Source of the DNA: Microbotryum violaceum
Taxonomy: Eukaryota
DNA: 64,000 bases
Direction: 5' to 3'
Assembly (NCBI GenBank): GCA_001244265.2
Contig: CDLV01000009.1
Location: 124,001 to 188,000 of the forward strand
Shown: piece after piece, positions 57,196 to 64,000 of the stretch
Layout of the letters: each line of letters starts with the position of its first letter
Position numbering within the stretch: the first letter of the stretch is position 1
Position numbers and translations under genes: made by a program
The notes under the pieces: model-generated
The model's input: the letters and a program-made list of their open reading frames with translations, nothing else
Database searches by the model: none
Told to the model about the DNA's origin: nothing

Positions 57196-60100
57196 TTTTT
57201 TTTTTTTGTATGAAACTCATCGCTAATTTGCAAGACGAGAAAACCCCCTACGGAACTAAAGGAGATGCTACCCAGTATGCACGATGATGACCACAACCGC
57301 CGCTTGATGCGTTGTAACTAGCAGAACAGACCAACCCGATACATCCGAGTTCAAGTCCCCCCACCCACGGTTGCTCCCTCCCAGAGACGAATGAAAGGAA
57401 GATTGAAGATTATACACAAGGAATCGGGAAAAGATGGATGAGTCGTTGGTGATGGTACATGTGTTGTACAGGCGAATCCGATTATAGTTGTACAGTTGAA
57501 CCTTCTTCGATCTTTTGACTTCAGCCCCCCCTGAGACCGCCATACTCCTTGAAGCCCCTTAATTCTTTGAGACGCGTCGAACAAGGCCTCCGATGGCACA
57601 AACATCCCGCTCAATCCAAATGATTCACGTGGTCCAAAGGGGGAATGTAACCCCCTGCGACCGCAGCAATCACATACCCCTTGTACCCGTCTGCGCTGGA
57701 TCTCCACCGCGGATTCCAAAACCCCTTTTCGGTTACCAAAGTCGGCCCCCCTCGCGACCGCACGACCCCAGATCACCCCCATTCCAATGACTGCAACTGC
57801 GAAACAGGCCTACTTCGCACAAAAACACACAATCCAGAGATTTCCGGGGAAAGTCACGGAGCATGTGACAGTCCATTGGACACGCCTCGGTCTGCAGCGC
57901 GGGCGGGTGGCCGTCAACACCGGCGCGCGGCTGGAGACAAGGGCGGGGTATACCTTCCGCAGGGGCCTCGCTTCCCTGCGGCGTACTCCCAATCTCGGAA
58001 CGCACACTCGAGTCCCCTTGTACGTGCAGGTGGTTCCCAATCACCGCAGATACTGGGGAAAGAAGGAGCATGAGGCCCACGACGGTGATGTCATTGGGTG
58101 GGACCTCGCTCGAGTGTGGATGTGTATGGCGGTTCGGTACCCGAGTCACCCGCCGCGGGCCGCGACTCCGAGCGAGCAGCAAAGCAAGGAGAGGCGAGCC
58201 ACGCAGGCAGTTTGTGCCGGCCTTGAACAGGAGATCACGGAGTCGCTCGACCGAAAGAGAAGACAGACCCGGCCCTTCAGAGGAGTGGAAAACTCACGGC
58301 ATAGTCCAGGAGAGGGCCAAGGGGATCCGTTTTCGCTGTGTGTCATCGTGATGTGGCAGAAGCTCGAACCAAGGGCGACAATGCCCGCCGGCGCAAAGAA
58401 CCCGAGGCTCCTGGGGAGTACGGAAGCCTATGAGGAGGAATGGCAAAAAGAGCGAGAGAAAACAGGTTCAGTATTCTGGCGTGTTTGGGAGACATTTTGG
58501 AGATTGAGAAGGAGGGAAAAGGGACTTGTGATTTTTTGGGGGTTTGGTTTTTGCTTGGATAGGGAGGGAGCGCCATCTACTTCATCGCGCCAATCTGAGC
58601 TCCAACCTCTCCTTCAGTCCCGCCATCTCCTTGTCCATGCTCGACATCGCTCTGGCGTGGCGATGGAGATCCCAGCGTCGGTTGCTGAGAGTGTCAAGCG
58701 CCAGCGCAATGAAGGCGCGGGTTGGGCGCTTTTTCGAAGCCGGAAGGCGAGCGCGCAGTCGAGGGAGGCCGTGCTCGATCTGAAGTGCCGTGTAGTCGAG
58801 GTCGAGGATCGACACGACCCCCAGCGCATCGCAGAGAATGGACCTAGCTGCTTGCCAAAACTGAGAAGAGTCAGGGCAATCATGCCAAAAGTGAGTAAAG
58901 TCATCCTCCACCCCTGCCAGGCTGCATGCCTGCACAAGGCAGCAGGCTGAGTCGCCATGCCGCTGCACAAACTGGCGCTTCCGCGTTGGCGTGAAGTGGT
59001 ACGCCAGCTTGAAGTGCACCTCGCGCTCGCGGGCCGTGGCGGGCCCGGTGTTGAACCACCCCAGAAGAGTCGCCTTTCTTTGGGTGTGGCGAGTGATCCA
59101 GGGCGTTGTGTGTCGTCGAAACGTCGATGGTTGATGACGCGTCGAAGTCGCGCAATGGTGTAGGGTCTGTCCAAGCTCAACATTCTCCACTGATTAGCAA
59201 GCAAGGGGGCGGAGGGGAGGGGAAGTCTTTGATCAGGCATGCCGACCGGAGTCGCTCTGGGCAAGATGTGCTCGAGGGGACCGCCGGGCCGGGCTCCAGG
59301 TGCTCCAACGACACGAATGACGGGTGGTCGACGTGCGAGGACGGGAACAGGAGGCGGAAGCGGCGGGATGAAGCGATCGCCTGCGACCTGGATCCACGCC
59401 TGGACTTGATCTCGCTTCCATTGCCAAAGGTTGGACAGCTCCGAGCCGTCGCCTTGGGGATGCTTCTCAGGGGTCCAGGGCACCGTTGGAGCTGCGGGGT
59501 ATTGAGCTCGAGCATAGATGTCAGCGATGGTGCGTTCGAAACTGAAATGCTTCGCCAAACGCTTATCCTGCTCCGAGAACGCCCGCGAGTCATGCAGACC
59601 CGGTTGGAGGGGGAAAGAGAAAGAAGATTGGAGACCGAAAGTTTGGCAGGATCGACGACGGCAGGGTAGCGTTCAGCGACCGAGAGCACCGCTCGCCAGC
59701 GGGGATGTAGCTCCCGGGGTGCGTCGGCGTTCCTCCACGTCCACAGATCCGCAGCAAAGTCAAAGGTCGGAAGCGCTCGCCGGATGGAACTCCGAGCCAG
59801 ATCGCCCCAAATCGCAGTTGACCCGCCGGCCAGCACATCCCAGATCCGTACCGAGACTGAATCCACCACATCCTGGATGCTCACGACGCTGAGACCGCCT
59901 CGCGCCCGTGCCGTGAAGACGACCGATTGCTTGTAGTCGCTGCGCCGCGGGCCTCCCTTCACAAAGTCAGCAAGCTTGCGCTCGATCGACTTGATCACGT
60001 CGGATGGCGGGATGTCGGCGGAGAGAGAGTGCAGCACCTTGGAGATGCCGTAGCGGTTAAGATAGAAAGCCCGGGTATGGTGCGTCATCCATCGGTCGCG

Positions 60101-61572
60101 CACCGATAGAATCACTCGATCAACCCTTCGCTCAAGATCATGGAATCCCAGCCTGTTGTTGCCGTCAGGCGCAAACTGGAGACCGATCCAGGGAAGAGAC
60201 TCGTCCGGTGCCACGAACGACAGTTTGGACAAGTCCGCGCGATCCCACAACGTCGCGCCCAATGGCATCACCACAGTTTTGTCGGTGTTTAGACGTCCGT
60301 TCGTCGCGAGTCGCCAATCCCGAGCTAACGCCTCGAGCGAAGCAATAGCTTCCGGCCCAGCAACAGCGACGACGGCGTCATCCGCGAACGCCAAATTGGT
60401 GATGCATCGAGTCTGCGGACGATGAGCCAGCTCCGGAAGAGTGATAGTCAGCGCAATGTTGCGTCGACTGAGAGAATCAAGGAAGGGTTGGAATACCACA
60501 TCCCAGACAGAAGAAGAGAGAGGATCGCCCTGGCCAAGACCGCACAGGAGTCGCACCGTCTCGGTGAGGAAACCGTTGACAATGTACCGCGCTGTGGACG
60601 TCTCGCCGTTGTAGAGCATCCGCAAGACGCGCTGGAAAGGTTCCGGCGCGCCGAGAGCCTCAAACACCGCAAAGACCCAGTCGTGCTCGACCATGTCGTA
60701 AGCCGAGCTCTGATCCAGGGAGAGGAGCGCTGCTGTCGGGAACTCTGCCCCACGACCCCTAATCTCATCGATCAGGAGCCGCAGATGCAAAGCCGCGTCC
60801 GCTGGTCTTCGCCCCTTGACGAACCCATGCTGTCCGGCCGGAAGAACATCGGGGAGGATCCGGTTCAGACGAGCCACGTAGACCTTGGTGAAGATCTTGT
60901 AGTCGCATTCCCGCAAGGTGATCGGACGATACGATTTGAGGTCGCACCGCGCTGCACCAGGTTTGTTGTGTTTGAACAAGAGGCGCACATTGGCCTGGCT
61001 CTGTTGTGGAGTAAGGGAGCCTCGATTAATCAGCTCGTTGTAGGCTCGAGTCAAGAGAGGGGCCCAAAGCAGGGGGCAGGCTCGATACATCTCATAGGGG
61101 ACCCCTGAAGGACCCGGAGATCGACCTTCGTGCGTGGTTCGAATCGCTGCGAGCACCTCGGCCTCGCTGATGGGCTCGGCCAGAATGTCGACGTGCGAAT
61201 TCGAGAAGCGCCGAAGGAAGCGAGCGTCGGAAAGCGGGTCGTCACAAGGTCTTGCTGATCTGATGGGTCCCAAGAGCTCATCCCGCATCGTCACGACCTG
61301 TTCCGGATCCTTCGCTTCGACAAGGTAGTGCTGCTGGAAATGAGAATGGGTGTGTTCGAGCGCGCGCTCAATGTCAGTGGTGAGCTCGCCATCAGCGAGC
61401 CGGATACTCTGAAACTTCACATCGCGGGACCGAGCAGCCAGTTTGGCATGTACCGGACGACTGAGACGTTCCTCGGATGCAATCTCGGGAACGTGCGCCC
61501 TGATCCGGGACTGCCTTGCTCGCTCGTTCACAAGCTTGGAGAGAGCGTCGTGGGTGTTCGTCCAGTCGTCAT
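57196..61572 (-). mobile_element. L1/Tx1-like LINE family B, 3' part: RT, zinc finger, ~1.37-kb 3'UTR and poly(A)
   Basis: T12 tail 57196-57207. ORF2 58582-61572 has [44 protein letters not shown] and THFWHDC. Clearly homologous to, but distinct from, LINE-A. Frameshifts at ~59610 and ~59080. Confidence 0.92.
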
Positions 61573-61667
61573 CTTTCATCTTTCATCTTTCATCCCAATC
61601 GCGCTACTCTACCTCGGCAAACGTCAATACATCGAATACATCAACTGCTACACCAGCTATCGACCCG

Positions 61668-63646
61668 ATGTCTGACCAGGCACCGCCTGATCCGGGCCGC
61701 GGCCCTCCGGATCCGGCAGCGACGGGACAACCACGTGGTGACGCGGGGGCGGAGGCCGATGCCGCCGAGGGACCAGCGAACCCCGGCCTAGCGCTGTACC
61801 AGGAAAAGCGTGATGAAGAAAAGAAGAGGAAAGAGGATGTCGCGAGAATCCTGAAGATGATCAGTGTCGAGGACGGCACCCGCCAGGGCACTCGCATCCT
61901 CGTCCTCAAGGACGCACCCGGCTTCGGCAAGGATCGGGCGACCTCCTTGCGCTTCAGCGCACTCAACGCGACCAAACCTATCGAAGACACGTCTGGCACT
62001 GTTCTCGAGATCAGCATGCATCACAAAGGTGTCGCTAGTGAGCGCGAGAAGGCGGACGCGTACTCCAAGGTGCTCCGCACGTTATCGCCGGACACATCCC
62101 TATGCTTCAACCTTCCCGCCGGAGTGGTCCTCCCACCCGAGCTAGCCAAGTATGCACCGGTCATCCATGGGGTCACCCCGGAGGCGGTCCAGATCAACGG
62201 TAACACCCGTTTCAAGTTCGTCGTGCGATGCGCCAGCGTGGAGGCTCTTGACAAGGTGCATGAAGCGGCGACCAAGATCGAGTGGCAACGCTCGCCTGTC
62301 CAAGTCCGCAAACGCCTGGCTTTCGTCAAGATTGTCGTCGAGTTGCGTTTCGTGATCAGCCCCGACGTCGATTACACGACCGACCTCCTTTGGACGAAGC
62401 TGCAAGGTCTCGTCGCACAGATCACCGCCGGCGGCCACAGCTGCTCTTTGCTGCAACTCCAGCAGCCCCTCCACGTTGTACAGGACTCCTATTTGGTCGC
62501 TCGAGGCAACTACTCAGCCATCGTCAGGTTTGACAACGACGACCTCTTCAAGAATCAGGGAGCCCAGCTTCGACAAATTCTCCCGACGAGGATCGACCTC
62601 CGGGACGACTCGCCCAAGTCACGCCACTTCGACACGACTTCGAGTCCGAAGCTTCTTGTCGCCGATGCGGCTTCGTAGGCCACATCGACAGCTGCGTCCA
62701 AAAGGCGGTCCAGCGTCAGCAGGCCGCCCAGAAGAAAAACAACAACCAAAGGCCCCAGGCCGAGCCCCAAAGCAACATCGAGCAAACCTCGACCCCCCAA
62801 AAACAACGCAGTGATGTAGCCTCTCCCTCTCCCCCAATGTCTCCTGTCGCGTTCAAGCGTTCAAAGAAGAACGCATCTCCCTCAAGGGACACTAACAACT
62901 CACCACGAGTCTACCCCACTCGTTCACAAAGCTCTACACCCACAGCATCCGCCCCTCGCGGTTTCATCGTCGCCGTGAACCCATTCGCAAGTCTGGCCGG
63001 CGACGTGGCCGAAGAGGCGCAGGAGGAGCCCGCTCAGGCTCTCGAGGACGACGAGGACGCGATGAGCGTAGTCGAGGCACAGCTGGAACAACAGCAGGAG
63101 GTGCCGCCGTTGGAGCCTTCGGATCTGTCGGATCTGCAGGACCGCAGAGCGGAGGGGAGCCAGGAGGAACACACGGAGACGAGTGACGCGGAAGAAGGGG
63201 AATTGCAGTCGGCCGAGACGGGCACTGTGCCTGTGGTTGTTTCGACGACCCCTGAGCTGACGCGGTCCCGATCGGCCAGTCACCATCAGCTTGATATGGA
63301 CGGCCTTCCCGACGACTGGATGAATCGTGTGTCGGACCGCGAGCGCAAACAGGATGCTGGTCTGTACGATGAGATCACCGAGTTGGACCGCACCCCGTCT
63401 GTAACCGGTTGGATGCCTTCGCCGTCTCCAGGTCCAGTGTTTGATCCCGAGCCCGAGCCCAAGCAGGAGGTGGACAAAGGAAGTTCCCAGGGTCTTCGCC
63501 GGTCCGAGCGTATCCAGCGTCTCACCAGCGTTGCGCGCACATCGGACTGGAACGAATCGACTGCTGCGGACCCGCTCCCCTCACCCACATTCGGACCTAT
63601 GTTGTCCATCAAGGGAGCTGCTGCTGCAACGAAGGCGCAATCGTAA
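61668..63646 (+). CDS. LINE ORF1 (segment C); two frameshifts at ~62613 and ~62800
   Basis: Starts MSDQAPPDPG. The shifted frame gives LRHDFESEASCRRCGFVGHIDSC, aligning with LINE-A LRHEFETHYCAVCDRAGHQWGAC. Shared LLQLQ/LMQLQ motif. C-terminal LRRSERI. Confidence 0.8.
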
Positions 63647-64000
63647 TGATTGACTTCATCACCATGACCTGGAACGTCAACAGGGGCTTCAATACCCCTG
63701 AACGACGTCGTCGGCTTCTTTCGTATATCACTTCGCTCACACCTCCCCCTTCTGCTATCCTTCTCCAGGAACATAATGTTCCTAAAGCACGGCAACCTCA
63801 CATACGCCACGAGTACGCCCAGTCCCACCAGGGCGAGGCCTACTTTTCTCAACACTGCCTCACTTTGATTCCAAGCTCTTCTCCTCTTCTCGGTGGTCAT
63901 CGTCGCACGCGTCAGTCTCTTGGCGGGCGCTTACTCGTGACCACCTTCGATGTGCGGGGTTCGACGGACGTCGTCGAACTCAACAATATCTACGCTCCGG
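63646..64000 (+). CDS. LINE ORF2 N-terminus, APE endonuclease (partial)
   Basis: Translates MIDFITMTWNVNRG...AILLQEH...GGRLL...NNIYAP. Not in the ORF track because it has no stop inside the window. Confidence 0.9.
   Translation, partial: MIDFITMTWNVNRGFNTPERRRRLLSYITSLTPPPSAILLQEHNVPKARQPHIRHEYAQSHQGEAYFSQHCLTLIPSSSPLLGGHRRTRQSLGGRLLVTTFDVRGSTDVVELNNIYAP

Larger units (their letters stand above)
61573..64000 (+). mobile_element. L1/Tx1-like LINE 5' part (segment C): 5'UTR, ORF1 and start of ORF2; continues beyond the window
   Basis: (CTTTCAT)3 5' end; ORF1 from 61668; ORF2 endonuclease from 63646. Confidence 0.9.

Overview
Intron-rich, GC-rich fungal DNA, most likely from a basidiomycete. 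Bases 1-~43500 are gene-dense: a Zn(II)2Cys6 transcription factor, an uncharacterised membrane protein, CTF18, an MTC1-like gene, a small nucleolar-type protein, a DUF1992 protein, Ran/GSP1, a long low-complexity protein, RIC1, RBG2/DRG2, the P5A-ATPase SPF1 and a hypothetical gene. From ~45200 to the window end the sequence is almost all retroelement. Four L1/Tx1-like non-LTR 3' ends lie in the same (minus) orientation, separated by very short spacers. A complete Ty1/copia element with near-identical LTRs and no TSD sits where the endonuclease region of one LINE is missing. A head-to-head LINE junction at ~61572 looks like a full-length twin-primed (5'-inverted) insertion whose ORF1 and ORF2 overlap as TAATG. 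All nine frameshifts I traced in these elements are single-base losses in short G/C/A runs, so the ORFs may be intact in vivo. All gene models and family calls were made by eye from motifs; no database search was run.
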